The notes under the pieces were generated by a model that ran no database searches, was not told where the DNA came from, and saw nothing but the letters and a program-made list of their open reading frames with translations. Shown in pieces: positions 28,484 through 42,500 of a stretch of DNA of 64,000 bases. Where the stretch lies: positions 6,882,001 through 6,946,000 of the forward strand of contig CM022666.1 of the NCBI GenBank assembly GCA_012295275.1. Direction: 5' to 3'. The position numbers were made by a program, and so were the translations under genes. How positions within the stretch are numbered: position 1 is the stretch's first letter; every line of letters starts with the position of its first letter. Origin of the DNA: Chrysomallon squamiferum (taxonomy: Eukaryota > Animalia > Mollusca).

Positions 28484-29304
28484 CGATAACACAAGGACAA
28501 TAACAATGTGTTCTTCAAGCACACACACATTATATATATATATATATATATTAAATCTTTCTACATATCTAAATAAATTTTATACCATTTTTTTCCAATT
28601 ATATCAGCATAAGCATATAATAAATAAATAAATAAATAAATAATAATAACAGTAATAATAATATAATCACCAACAACAGCAACAATAATAAATTAATAAA
28701 AAAAGAAAAAAATTAATTTTAAAAAAGAAAAAATACTAATTCATCACTAACAATTAAAAGTTTATAATTATTAAAAACGGTAACATCAGTAAAATGTTGC
28801 AATGAAAGTTATCACTAACCAGAAAACTGCTAGATGCACTAAGGTGAGATAACATGAAGGTGTGTCAGGTAAAAATGTACAGGTGAAAACACCTGTCTTA
28901 ATATCACACAGGTGAAATGAGCAGAACCAAGATTAATTCTGTTTCAAGTGAACCGTTTACTTGTTTTCAAAAAATTTACTTCCTTTCTGATGAATTGTAA
29001 ATAAAAATTTAAAAAAATTTTTTTTTTTTTTATAAAAATACTAATTTAAAAACATTTATCAAAATTGTTGTAGATAAATGAATTAATTTCTTTTCTCTTT
29101 TTCTTTATTATTATTTTTTTAAATATAAAGAAATAAAAAAAAAAAAAATATAAAAAAAAATAAAATTTTTTTTTTAAAAACCAAATCATATAATAAACAG
29201 GAATTCAGGATATGGAAAAAAAAAAAAAAAAAAAAAAAAAATCAATAAAAAAAAAATCTAATATCTAAATTTGAAATCAGTTTCCAAAATTAACAAACAA
29301 CATC

Positions 29305-29339
<35 letters not shown>

Positions 29340-31260
29340 ATAATAAATAATAAAATAATTCTAAAAATATTTATCTAAATAACTGTAGATAAGCAAATTT
29401 ATTAAAGCATTTCTTTTTTTAAATTTTTATAAAAAAAATTTGAAAACCAAATCAAACTATATTCAGGAAAGTCAGGATAACAAAAACAAAAAAAATTTCT
29501 AAATTCAATATTTATTTTTTAACATTTATATATTTTTTTTTCATCTTTTTTTATCCATTTCTAAAATTAAAATTTAATTCGCCTCAGTAAACATCAGTTG
29601 CCCGTAAAGCTTATTACATCTGGATAAAAGTGAGTCAATTAATATTTATTTTAGGAAATCATTTTTCTAATTCTTTTCCTCATTTATCTGGGATTATTTT
29701 TTATTTTATATTATTTTTCTAAACAGCAACTTATAATGAAGATGATAATACTGTTATACTAATAATGATAATAATAAAGTTCACAATAACAGTACATTGA
29801 ATATTAACCTCAATCCTAATATACTATTCCTACTACTACTGCTAATATCTCCATAATAATAATAACAATAACAACAATAATAATAATAATAATTGTAATA
29901 GTAGTAGTAGTAGTAGTTATAGTAGTATTAGTAATAACAGAGTAATAACAACATAATAATAATTATAATAAAATAATAATGATGATGAAAACAAGAAGAA
30001 AAAGAAAATGGTAAATAAACAACAACAAAAACAAAAGTAATCAAACAAGCTTAAATCAAACTGCATTAAATAAAAAAAGGTTTCCTACAAAACTTGAACT
30101 TTCAGTCTCTGATAACATCTGGTTTCACTCCAAAATGGTTTAAACTTAAACACGTTCAATGCGATCTGATTAATTTTAATAGTATGTTTAAATAATTTCC
30201 TATCATACTCTTCATCAATGAAATACCAGGTCTTTAATTTATTTTATTTTTATTATTTTTTATTATTTATTTATTTATTTTTAAATTAACTTGTTAAACA
30301 TTTTTTTATAATAATAATATTATTGTTATTATTATTATTATTGAACATAATTCTTCTTTACCATATGAACAGAAATAAAAACACTAAAAAGAGAAAAACT
30401 GATTCATTTTTGTTGTGGAATCTAAACAAAACACAAAATACATTTAACGTAAAATATAATTATGAAAATGTCAGAAAGAGAGAGATACAAATGTGGCGTT
30501 GTGACTGATGTAGTGTATGTGTGACTGGCACGTCATCAGCGATGATGTAACAGTGATCTGATGCTGTGTTAGTGTTGCTGCTGAAGTTAGGAGAATATTG
30601 ATTGTGTTGGAAACTGAATCTACAGTTTGTTATTGTGAAAATGTTTTCAATCAATTCTGGATAAAACAAACAGGTTTAGAAAAAAGAAAAAAAGGAATTA
30701 AAAAAAAAAGAATGAAAAAAAGAAGAGAAAAATAAATAGAAGAACAAGCAGTAATATAGAAAATAAAATAAAATAAAATAAAATAAAATAAAATAAAATA
30801 AAAAAAAAAAAATTATTAAGAAATAAAAATTAAATAAATAATTAATATTGTTATTGTAAACACTAATTGTCTCTCTTTTTCTCTGCTTCCCTCCCTCCTT
30901 TCTGACCCTCACTCTTATCCTTTCCCCATCTCTGTATATCTCTCTATAACTCTCTCTGTCTGCCACTCTCTTTTTCATTCACATATACTTCACTAACCTT
31001 TCATAATTTTACCTCCAAATTTAGCAGACAAAAAAAAGAAAAAAGAAAAACAGTAAAAAAAAAAAATAATAATAATAATAAATAATAATAATAAAAAAAA
31101 GACAGCAAATTTTCGTCATCTTCCCACCTAAAATAACAATTTTCATCTCTTTCACATGCCGTGTAAATAAAAGTCAAAGGGAATGAATTGGTGCGACAGA
31201 CACATTAGGTTAAATGTCTGACAGAAACATTTATGTCAAACACATGAATAGATAAGATAA

Positions 31261-31295
<35 letters not shown>

Positions 31296-31798
31296 ATGAA
31301 AGAAATCGAAGAAAAATTTCTAAGGTGAAGAGAAGAAAATGTTGCAGAAAAAACAACAAGCAGCATGACAAGTGTATTAATAAAGTTGATTTATAAATTT
31401 CTTGTTAATCACGTGTCTGAGTTGACGTAGCAGACGTCTGAATAGCCATGACAGCGTTTGACGATTTACATGATGCAGACGTGAAAAAAAAAAAAAAAAA
31501 AAAAATGGAGAGAAAAAAAGAAACTGAAGATGCAAAGTTTGACGTTTATTCAATAAATTTGTGGTTTTTTCTTTTTATATAAACTTTTTGTTGTAAACTA
31601 TAATAATTTTTAGTTTTCTAAAAGTGTATCTTGCAAAAGGAATAAAGTTTTCAAATAACTAATTAATGCAACAAAAATGATTAAATTAATATTAAAAAAA
31701 CAAGAAAACACCACCAAATAACTAAACAAAGCAATAATAAAAAAAAAAAAAAATAAATAAATAAAAATAAATAAAAAATAAAAATGACAACAATAATC

Positions 31799-31874
<76 letters not shown>

Positions 31875-32134
31875 GTAATATTAATGACAATAAACAACAA
31901 CAACAATAATAACTATAATAACAATCAGCTGGACACTATCTACATCAACTTGACCACTTGACCAAGATACATTAATCAAATACTCCTTCATGCCATAAAG
32001 AACTTTTACGGCAACGAAAAAAAAATAATAAAAAAAAGTTCGTTCCACTTTGGACAGGACAGAACCAATTTTCGTGAAATGATTTAATGAGGTAACAAGC
32101 TGAAGACAGAAAACTGTTAGATCTCAACACTCAC

Positions 32135-32249
32135 CTTGAGTCCTGTACCTGCGCATGCGATTCCTAGCGCCATCGCAGCTCCGAATCTGACGTGAGGGTT
32201 GTAGCTTTCTGACAACAGCGACACAACACTGGGACACTGCTCCGGAGTC
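32135..32249 (-). CDS. PSMD1: PSMD1/Rpn2 internal coding exon (115 nt; most 5' exon in the window)
   Basis: Manual translation: tttcag|G ACT CCG...CTC AAG|gtgagt = (R)[38 protein letters not shown]. This is near-identical to the recalled human PSMD1 segment [39 protein letters not shown]. Canonical splice sites; ends in phase 0. Confidence 0.97.
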
Positions 32250-32488
32250 CTGAAACGAGAGGGAGAGAGACGGTTTTACTTATTTTCTTATTTATTTTGT
32301 TAGTTATTTATTTATTTTGTCAGTTATTTATTTTATTTATTTTTTTTGGTTATTTTTATTTTTAATTTTTTTATTTATGTTTTTTTTTTTGGCATTTATT
32401 TATTCTGTTATGTATTTTATTATTTATTTACTTTTTTTTTGTTTTTTTTTGGTTATTTATTTATTCTGTTATTTATTTTCTTATTTGT

Positions 32489-32527
<39 letters not shown>

Positions 32528-32887
32528 GTTTCTTATTTTCTTATTTATTTTCTTATTTATTTAGTTTCTTATTTATTTTCTTATTTATTTATATATTTAT
32601 TTATTTTCTTATTTATTTTCTTATTTATTTATTTATTTAGTTGTTTGCTATTTATTTAATTATCTTGGTATATATACATTTATTTTCTTATTTGTTTATT
32701 TAAAATCAGAGGGAAAATATTAAAGAGCTAGCAGGATGATGTTGGAAGTTAGAGAAAGAAAATGAAAAAAAGAGAAATAAAGAGAGAAACAAAAAGTAAA
32801 AATAAAAAATGTGGGAAAAGTGAAATAGGACAGACTGAATGATAGAAACATAAGGCATTAGATAAACAGACAGACAGACACAAAGAA

Positions 32888-32972
<85 letters not shown>

Positions 32973-34716
32973 TCAGAGGTAGATCTGGAAAATAGATAAA
33001 AAAGTAAGAAAAAGAATTAAAGAAAAAAGCTGGAGATATGAGACAGAAAGACACAGAGAAAAAGAAAGTTGACAAACAAAGAGAAATTGTATGAAACACA
33101 CACACACATACACAACACAAATTTTTTTAAAAAAAAATTTGTTACTTGGGCACAATAGAAAAAGCAAAAGTATAAAAAATATTACAACATTCGTATCAAA
33201 AATGGGCATTCTCAACACCTCAGCATATTCGAGTTGTATTACATAATTTAGATATACACCATCTTACACACAGGTGAAAATAAAACACCTGAACATTCAT
33301 TTCACAGGTGAATCTCTTTATAAAAATGTTCTTTTATCTTCTTTTTTTTTTGTAATCAGATAAACCTGACAAAGCAGATGATCTAATTATCAAACATTTA
33401 TTCTGCATGAATTAACAAACAGAGGAACAAAGGATGAGAACTCTCTAACTTGAGAAAACAATAAAAAAAATTGTGTGAGTTTGTCGATTTCTCCAATCTA
33501 CTACCTGGAAGCAGCGACAAAGACTGTTGATTTTCATTTAAGACAAAATTACTGAATTTTCTTTTTACCTAATTCACCAACGACAACATTATACGTGGTT
33601 TATTGTTCAACACATTCCTATGTGGGGTTTTTTTGTTTTGTTAAGAAAACTGTTTAAAAAACACCACAATATTCAAGATATATATATAAAAAATAAACAA
33701 ATAGATAAATAAAATAAAAATAATAAAATAATAAAATAATAAAATAAAAAAATAAGTGAAAAAACAATGTGTGATTGATGAATGTGAAAAATTTGGTTAT
33801 TTTATTTATTACATTTGCAGACACACAAACACAAACATTCACATACACTATCACACAACCAACCATTATATTTAAATATTTCAGGCAACAAATGGCCACA
33901 TCATTGAATCAGAGACTGGAATTTGAGGCTGCAGACACGTAATACATGTGTATCATCACAGTACAAACCTCGCAGACTGATAGGTATGTCAGCTGCTTCC
34001 TAAATTCAAAACCAAGTCTGACAGATATTAAATTATTTTAGTTCCCCATCTCGTAAGTAACTGTTATTTTTATTATTATTTTTTAATAAATAAGTAAAAA
34101 AAAAAAAAGTTAAAAAAAAAAAAAAAAAAAAATTAAACCAAATTTCAATCTTTGATAAATAATAAAATAAACCTTTAACAAAGCTACTCTGATCTGTCGT
34201 TATTTTGGGGGTTATTTGAATTGAGTATATCTCTCACTCAATCACACATTTTGTTTTTCAAGAATATGTTTTGTTACTCACTTTATCTAAAAAAAAACCA
34301 GAAAAAACAATTGTAACTGTATTTTATTCTTTTTTTGTCTACTTGTCTGTCTGTATATGTGTGTATGGTACATATGTGTGTATTTATAGTGTGTTAATGG
34401 TTGTATATATGTGTGTCTGTGTATTCTGTGTATATATACAGTCTGTGTGAATGTGCAAAAGTAAACATGAATGCATGTATGTGCATAGTAATTACCTTTT
34501 CTAACAGTTTTAGGATTTCCTAGAACATTTTAAACCAGGTATCACAAATTTTTACTGTTCATAAAAAAAAAAAAAATTTTGCTATACCAATTTCTATTAC
34601 AGCACTGTTTAAATTTTTTTTTTTTTTTTTTTTTTTTTAGATCCCGGCATGTATAATATATGATATTTACAAACCCCTGTACGATAACACTGTATGCTAC
34701 CTACAGAGGTGAATAA

Positions 34717-34747
<31 letters not shown>

Positions 34748-34849
34748 CGTGAACGATTCCTTTATGCAAGAATTAGAGAAGACTGATAAGACACATGCTC
34801 AGTGGCATCCAAATCGTGAGTTATCTAATCGGGAAATATCGTCTACTAA

Positions 34850-35920
34850 GTTGAACTGGGTTCACAGACTGCAATAACTTGTCTTTCATATCCTTGAATC
34901 CATCTACTGCTGTCAGTTATAATACAAGTTGTTTTGACAAAGTGAAGTAATGCAGCTAGGTGTATCTGTAATCCTATATATTTAGTTGAGTAATGATGAT
35001 GATGATGATGACGTATCTTTATATTCATCTGCTCTTTTCATTCCTAAATCAGGTAGATAATAAAGTGCATATCACCAGTCATATATTTAGTTAAGTAATA
35101 ATGATAATAACTACTGATGTATCTTTATATTTGTCTGTTCTTGTTGATGTTAAACAGGACAGCACCAGGAATGTGCATTACTGATCATATATGCAGCTGA
35201 GTAGTAATTATGACGATGCTTCTGATGATGATGCTGATGTTTTTTAAAATCATGGTAATACAATTCTAATATAAAAACTTTATATTTGTCTTTTCGTTTA
35301 ATTCCTGAAACAGCTAGAAAAGGAAAGATAGCAATGTATATATCATCATCAATCATATATTTAATCAAGTAATAATGATGATTTGATTTCTGATGTTGAT
35401 GTTGATATTAAAATTATGAAAATATATTTATTAACATATCTTTATATTCATCTGCTCTTGTCACTTATGAAACTGGTCTTCTCAAAAATGAAACAATGTG
35501 AATCATCAATCGTGCAATTTATTCAAGAAATAACGACGATTATGATGATGCTATTAAAAATGCTGCTGCTGCTGCTGTTGATGATGATAATTTTTTGAGG
35601 AGGAGGAGGATAATAACTATTAACATTTCTTTATATTCATCTGATGTGGTGATTTTCAGAAAATGGTGTAATATAAGGAAAATGTCATCTATAATCAATA
35701 TACATTTCTTCAAGTAATAATGACTGTAACAATAACAGTGGCAACAACAAAATAACAATAACAATAACAATAATAATAATAAAAAAAAAAAATAATGACA
35801 CAAAAAATAACTTCGGCAGATATTTTACATTCGGACTTAAATACACTTGTCTGTTCTTGTGTCAATTTCCACATCAGAAATCAAAGCATCAGTAATATTG
35901 ACTTATAGATTGAGTAATAG
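34850..35920. repeat. Old degenerate long-period (~100-200 bp) tandem repeat with embedded GAT/AAT triplets
   Basis: ctttatatt(ca/tg)tct recurs near 35017, 35123, 35279, 35440 and 35629. tcatatattta..(t/c)aagtaataatgat occurs at 35079 and 35353. Confidence 0.65.
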
Positions 35921-36817
35921 AGAAACACACAATGGGGAAAAAAACACTTGAAAAACACACAAAGATCTCATTAGATAATAGCAGCTCTAATTTAAACTTG
36001 TTAACAATTATCAATAATCAGAGTGCGATATAAACCGTATCACATTACTGTGTGTGTGTGTGTGTGTTTCTATAAATGAATTCTCTGAAATATCACACCT
36101 GAAAAAACATATCATAATGCACACACAGACACACACACACACACAGAGAGATACAGTTAACCAATAATGGTTCTGATTTAATCTTGTCAGTAATTATCAA
36201 TAAATGTTTAGAGGTATAGACCATGTAATTAGTAATTATCAATTTACATGGAAATGGTATAAACCACATTGTTAGCAAATCATCAGCAAACACTTGGAAT
36301 AAATCGTATCGCTAATCTACGCATGTAAAAATATTGCACATCGGTTTGTTTTCCCATCATGAATTAAGAATTGTGAGATAAATTCGGTACAGACGCATTT
36401 AAAGGGACATAAAACAGCAGGTAGAAAAGTGAATCATTTACTGGTTCAATATGAAAATAATTTAAACTCAGAGGTAGTCTAGATTTTTTCTTATTTCTGT
36501 CCTGGAGCTTTACTACTTCAAAATGTGCCAATGTGAAAAATATGAAAAACAGATACTGATAAGAATTCTGGTGAATATATATCTATGTACATACATATAG
36601 ATATATACATCACACATTTCAGATTCATGTCTATAGACAGTTATGCTGAGATGAGGGATAGAAAAAAAAAAAGATGATTGTGACGGAGTTTGGGGTTTCT
36701 AACCCAAGTGACACAAATTCACGTGGGTGATTTCATAAATAAAACTATAAACAAATTCACACAGTGTGGGTGATTTCACAAACACAAAACACACACATAA
36801 ACAAAATACACACAGTG

Positions 36818-36818
<1 letters not shown>

Positions 36819-36909
<91 letters not shown>
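36819..36909. repeat. (CA)n microsatellite (~45 units)
   Basis: Direct reading. Confidence 0.95.
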
Positions 36910-36913
<4 letters not shown>

Positions 36914-38163
36914 GACATATCTGGGGATTCACCTATCTACGATATTATCACCAGCCCCACTTTCCTTCTGAACCAGTGCGACCAATAACCAAGTCGAAGA
37001 CAAGTCTGCATGAAAGGGAAAACGAGTGAGACTATCAGCTCGCACAATCTGTCTGCAAATAGCCGCAGTAAAACATAATTGTCACATCTCACCCAGTGAA
37101 TACGTTCACCCAAGTCTCTCACACTTAACTGAAATGCTATTTCCGTCCCAGGAGCTCTATTTTTGCACACTGCACACAATTAAACATATAATTACATTTA
37201 ATCAGGCCAATATTTCATAACTGCCACATTTTCTACAGCTTCGCAGACAATCACAAAGTAATAAAGTGCGTCTTTGTTGCCCTGTCAAAGGATTGGTACT
37301 TTTAGTTTGAGAAATGAATGTTTTCGAGTTCAATCCTCCTTGATAGATTTTTTTTTTTTTTTTCATCTTCTGTTATAGTCATAATGCTCTGTTTCTGTGA
37401 TAGACTTTTAGAAATCAGGTTTCATCCATCATTTTCTGTTCTGACCATTGGAAGGAACAGTTCTGTGTAATACAGGACATGAAGGGTAACTTGCAAGGTA
37501 GATCTTACTGTATGTTGTTGCCTTTAAGCTTGTCAAAAACATATGTTGACATAACGTAACTTGTCACAACGCAGTTTCTCTTAATATTATTTCACAGCTG
37601 TATCCTTTGTTCTGAAAACACTCAACAAATATAAAACAGATAGATGTTTGAGTTAAGACAGTTTCGGCAAATTGTCAAATTATGAAAGGTATTTGACATA
37701 AGATATAAATGTCTGGGTTTTTTTCTCCCTAGCTTCATAGTTTTTACTTTATTTGTTATACCAAGTATTGCTATTTTTTTCATTAATAACATTAAAAAAA
37801 GAACATGAAACTGATAGAACTCTGCATAACCTCGTGATGCACTAAGATAAAAAATAAAATATGTTGCCAGTGTTAAAAGATATGTAACAAAATACGGTGG
37901 TTGTAAGAACTGAATATTATTTTAGTGTTGTTTTTTTTGGTGGTTTTTTTGGTGTTTTTTTAAATATATAGAAAAGGAAAGAGAATTAGTTCTATTTATT
38001 GTATAGTTCAGGTCAGTGGGTTGTATTGAATGTTAGGTGAAAGATTATTGTGGTAAGTAGGTATATGTATTCATCTGTGTTATATTTATATGTGTTATTT
38101 TTCACGTCTTACTGTTACCACCTGCATAGCTGCTAGCTTCAGTAGACAGATAGATAGATAGAT

Positions 38164-38214
<51 letters not shown>

Positions 38215-38313
38215 CAGAAAGAATTAAAAAAAAGCAGAGATACAGACAGAAAGACACAGAAGAAGAATGGAAAAACACTCCATAGTTTGTCATCTGGAAG
38301 ACAGAAAAGTCTT

Positions 38314-38345
<32 letters not shown>

Positions 38346-38629
38346 CACAGAGAGAAAGAGAGAGAGAGATGGAAAAACACTGAACGAAAAAGAAGGTAAA
38401 TAGAGAAATGTTAAATGGAAGGAAAAAACAAATGAACAGAAAGCTAGAAAGATGGGGATAACAGAAAGATGTAGAAAAAGAAGATACAGAACCAGTGAAA
38501 AAAAGATGACAAAAAAAAAAACCCCAGAGAAATAAAGGTAGACCAACAACAAACAAAAAAAAAAAAAAAAAAAAAAATATCAAAAACAAATCAGCTTCAT
38601 CATATCATTACCGAACTGCAAACCATTTC

Positions 38630-38971
38630 AATTATAATAACCCATCTGCCACCAAGCCTACTTTTACTTTGACAAGACGAGCCATACATACATCAGTAAC
38701 AACTTTCCAGAAATGAGAAGTCGTGCTAACTGCTTTCACTGAACATCTACGCTGAAAAACCACGAGCGACTGGCAAAGAACACTTCCGAGTTCCGGATGG
38801 ATTACATCAGCGCACCATTGTCCCTGTTTGTCAAACTGTCTCTGCACTGCATGCGCTGATTGTACCAGGGGGAGATGTATCATGTTAATCAGTCACAGGT
38901 GACCTTTGTTTGAAAATCTGATACTGATTGGCGGACCGCTACCTCTGACGTAGATGTCTTGAACGGTACGT
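38630..38971. promoter_or_regulatory. Candidate promoter/enhancer or plus-strand non-coding exon
   Basis: CpG-rich island with CATTGT/CTTTGTT, CAGGTG and reverse CCAAT (38925-38931) motifs. It ends at ACG|GTACGT (38966). Confidence 0.35.
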
Positions 38972-39413
38972 GAAAACTAATGATTCAAAAAATTCAAAAA
39001 TAATGTCAATTAACATCCCTGCTGTTGTTTTTTTTTCTTCATTTTTAAATTTTTTTATTTTTTATTAAAATGTAGAAAGCAGATTTTGTTTGTTTTTGTT
39101 TCATTATTGTTATCTATTGATTTTTTTAAAAATATATTTTAACAAGATAATTAAGTTAATTAAAAATCAGACTTCTGTTATGTGTCATCAGTTCGCCGCT
39201 GAATGAATGGATGAACAAATGTTTGACAACACAGTGTTGTAAAATTACATCAGCTGTTACCTACAGGAATATCCTCGTAAGTTAATAAGTCTATTAACAA
39301 TTTAAATTAAAGCGATGAGCATAAGGTTATGTAAAAAACAGGTAACATGTAAATAAATAAAATTATTTAAAATACTGATGACATATTTTACAATTGTACA
39401 TAAAAAAATAATA

Positions 39414-39481
<68 letters not shown>

Positions 39482-39875
39482 ATTTAGTATATTTTAACAT
39501 TAACAGCTGTTAAATACAAGATGTACAGTTATAAGATAGTTATCAGAGCAAAAAAAAAAAAATTAACCAACAGCTGTATGTAATCTTTTACAAATACCTT
39601 CCACAAACAGTAAAACAGGCACTAAAGTATTTTATAATCGGTGTATGACTCATACTTTAACAGAGAAAGTTACTGAACACACTCGATTTTTAACCTGTCA
39701 AAACTCAAAAACATACACAGAAAGTAAAAAACAGCACAAAAAACCAGCAACACATGCTTTTATAGCTGAATATACACACAAACACACACACATAAATAAA
39801 CAGTAAAAAAAAAACACAGGTTTAACAGCTGCATATTGTTACTGCTTCAATGCAAAACTACAACCATACACACAG

Positions 39876-40410
39876 AAACATACAAATATATCCAAAAACA
39901 CACAAACATACAAATACATCCAAACACACACAAATATATCCAAACACACACAATCATACAAATATATCCAAACACAAACATACAAATATATCCAAACACA
40001 CACAATCATACAAATATATCCAAACACACACAATCATACAAATATATCCAAACACACAAAACTACACAAATATATCCAAACACAAACATACAAATATATC
40101 CAAACACACACAATCATACAAATATATCCAAACACAAACATACAAATATATCCAAACACAAACATACAAATATATCCAAACACACACAATCATACAAATA
40201 TATCCAAACACACACAAGCATACAAATATATCCAAACACACACAAACATACAAATATATCCAAACACACACACACATACAAATATATCCAAACACACACA
40301 AACATACAAATATATCAAACACACACAAACATACAAATATATCCAAACACACACAAACATACAAATATATCCAAACACACACAAACATACAAATATATCC
40401 AAACACACAC
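39876..40410. repeat. 24/28-bp minisatellite CATACAAATATATCCAAACAC(ACAC)AA, about 20 copies
   Basis: Direct reading; explains the ORFs at 39836-40602. Confidence 0.95.
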
Positions 40411-40865
40411 TTTTACACAGGCACACTCAAACACAAACACATGCATAACATGCTAACATTACACACACACACACTCACACATACTCACACTTACACGCAT
40501 ACACACACTCACACACAAACACACTCAACACCCACCCACCCACACACACACACACACACTTACATGCTAACATTTATTATACTTCTGCAGTATTTCACCT
40601 AACATTTTAAGAAACCTGAAATCAAAAAACACAACCAAAATACAGACAAGATCAAACCAATAAAAAAAATATCAGAATTTTAAAAATATATTTTAATACT
40701 TCTCATTAATTTTAAAAACATTATTTAACTTTAAGACAACAAAACCAATCCCCCTGCCCACAAAACTTCCTTCTCTCTATTTCCTTCTTTCCTGCTCATC
40801 TTTTCTCTCTCATTCTCTCTCTCTATCTTTTCTTTATTTCCCTCTCTTACCTCTTGCTACCACAC

Positions 40866-40869
<4 letters not shown>

Positions 40870-40951
<82 letters not shown>

Positions 40952-41000
40952 TCCCTCTCTCCCTCTCCCTCTCTCCCTCTCTCCCTCCCTCTCCCTCACC
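40870..41000. repeat. (CT)n/CCCT microsatellite
   Basis: Direct reading. Confidence 0.93.
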
Positions 41001-41535
41001 TTCCTTTATCATCTCCTTTCTTTTCTACCTGTCACCTCTGGGACACACAAATGGACTTCACCCACACCTCCCTACCAGACAAATGGACCAGCCTGTCTAG
41101 CAATGAATGAACAGAGTTTCAGATAGGCTGAAATCTCTCTAGTAATTCACAAGCTTTGGTGCGGCAGTATAGTAGCCGATATATCACAGTACAGCGAAAC
41201 ACAAAACCAGATTAAAAGAAGAAGAAAAAAAAAATCATTATTTAATAACAATGACTGGATATACATTCACCACTTATTCATGGATTTAAATTCAATTTAC
41301 CTGTTGAATTTTTCTGTTGTTATTTATTGTTTTTTTGCAAAAAAGTAAAAGGTAAGAATATATATATATATATGTGTATATTTATGTACATATTTTTTTT
41401 TTATTATGATAGGGTATTTAAAATAATACATGTTTGTATAGTTAAGTGGTTCAATTCCCCTCTTGAATGATAATGAAGTAATGATATTTAAAATCTATAG
41501 TTTGATCTATGAAGCCAAGATATTATTACTATTAA

Positions 41536-41611
<76 letters not shown>

Positions 41612-41944
41612 TTAATAAAACAGAAGTTTAAAATTACATGGATCTAGAAATACTATACTATTTGGGAGTGTTAATAAAGACAGCATAATTTTCTGTATTT
41701 CTGTTCATACACAGGTTCATCCTTACTGAAACATTTGATATGCAAACTGTGTTATTAAATGTGTGATGTAAATATGTATATATATATTACTTCAGTTTAA
41801 ATGTCAATAGAAAAAAATAATAAAAATAAGTAAAATATAAATACAACAAATAGAAATTAAAAAACATAAAAAATACCCTCAAACAACAACATATTTTGCA
41901 TGCTGTTTAATTAATTATCTCTACTACTTTTACTAATCTATCTT

Positions 41945-41976
<32 letters not shown>

Positions 41977-42334
41977 TCATTACTACTACTATTACTACTA
42001 CTACTATACTACTACAACTGCTATCATTACAACTACAACTACTATTACTATCACTACTACTATGACTACTACTATTACTAATAGTAGTACTATTATTACT
42101 ACTACTATTATTACTAATAGTATTACTATTATTACTCCTACTACTATTACTACTATTACTAATAATATTACTATTATTACTACTACTGCAACAATTACAA
42201 CTCCTACCATTACCACTTCCAAGATAAATTGTACTTAGACTATAAACCAGCAATAATATTAACAGTAATGACACAATAATAAAATATAAAAACAGAAACA
42301 ATAAAATATTCTATTACATTCAAAACAAAAAAAT

Positions 42335-42379
<45 letters not shown>

Positions 42380-42409
42380 TATAATAATAACAACAATAAT
42401 TAATACTTT

Positions 42410-42441
<32 letters not shown>

Positions 42442-42500
42442 ATGATGGTAGTAATGATTGTGGTAATAGTAATAGTAGTAATAACAATAATAATACCAAC
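41945..42500. repeat. (ACT/ATT)n, then (AAT)n/(AGT)n trinucleotide tracts
   Basis: Direct reading. Confidence 0.9.

Larger units (their letters stand above)
8835..32134 (-). other. PSMD1: PSMD1 intron, 23,300 nt (GT-AG)
   Basis: Donor GTGAGT at 32134, acceptor TGCAG at 8835. The flanking exon peptides are contiguous, so no exon is missing. Confidence 0.9.

Noticed and set aside
39198-39260. GAATGAAT…ATGTTTGACAACAC…TACATCAGCT segment reminiscent of a short gastropod interspersed repeat
   Set aside because: Resemblance is from memory only, and the segment is too short and diverged to call without a repeat library.
39836-40602. 206-aa and 250-aa ORFs
   Set aside because: Translations of a CA-rich 24/28-bp minisatellite.
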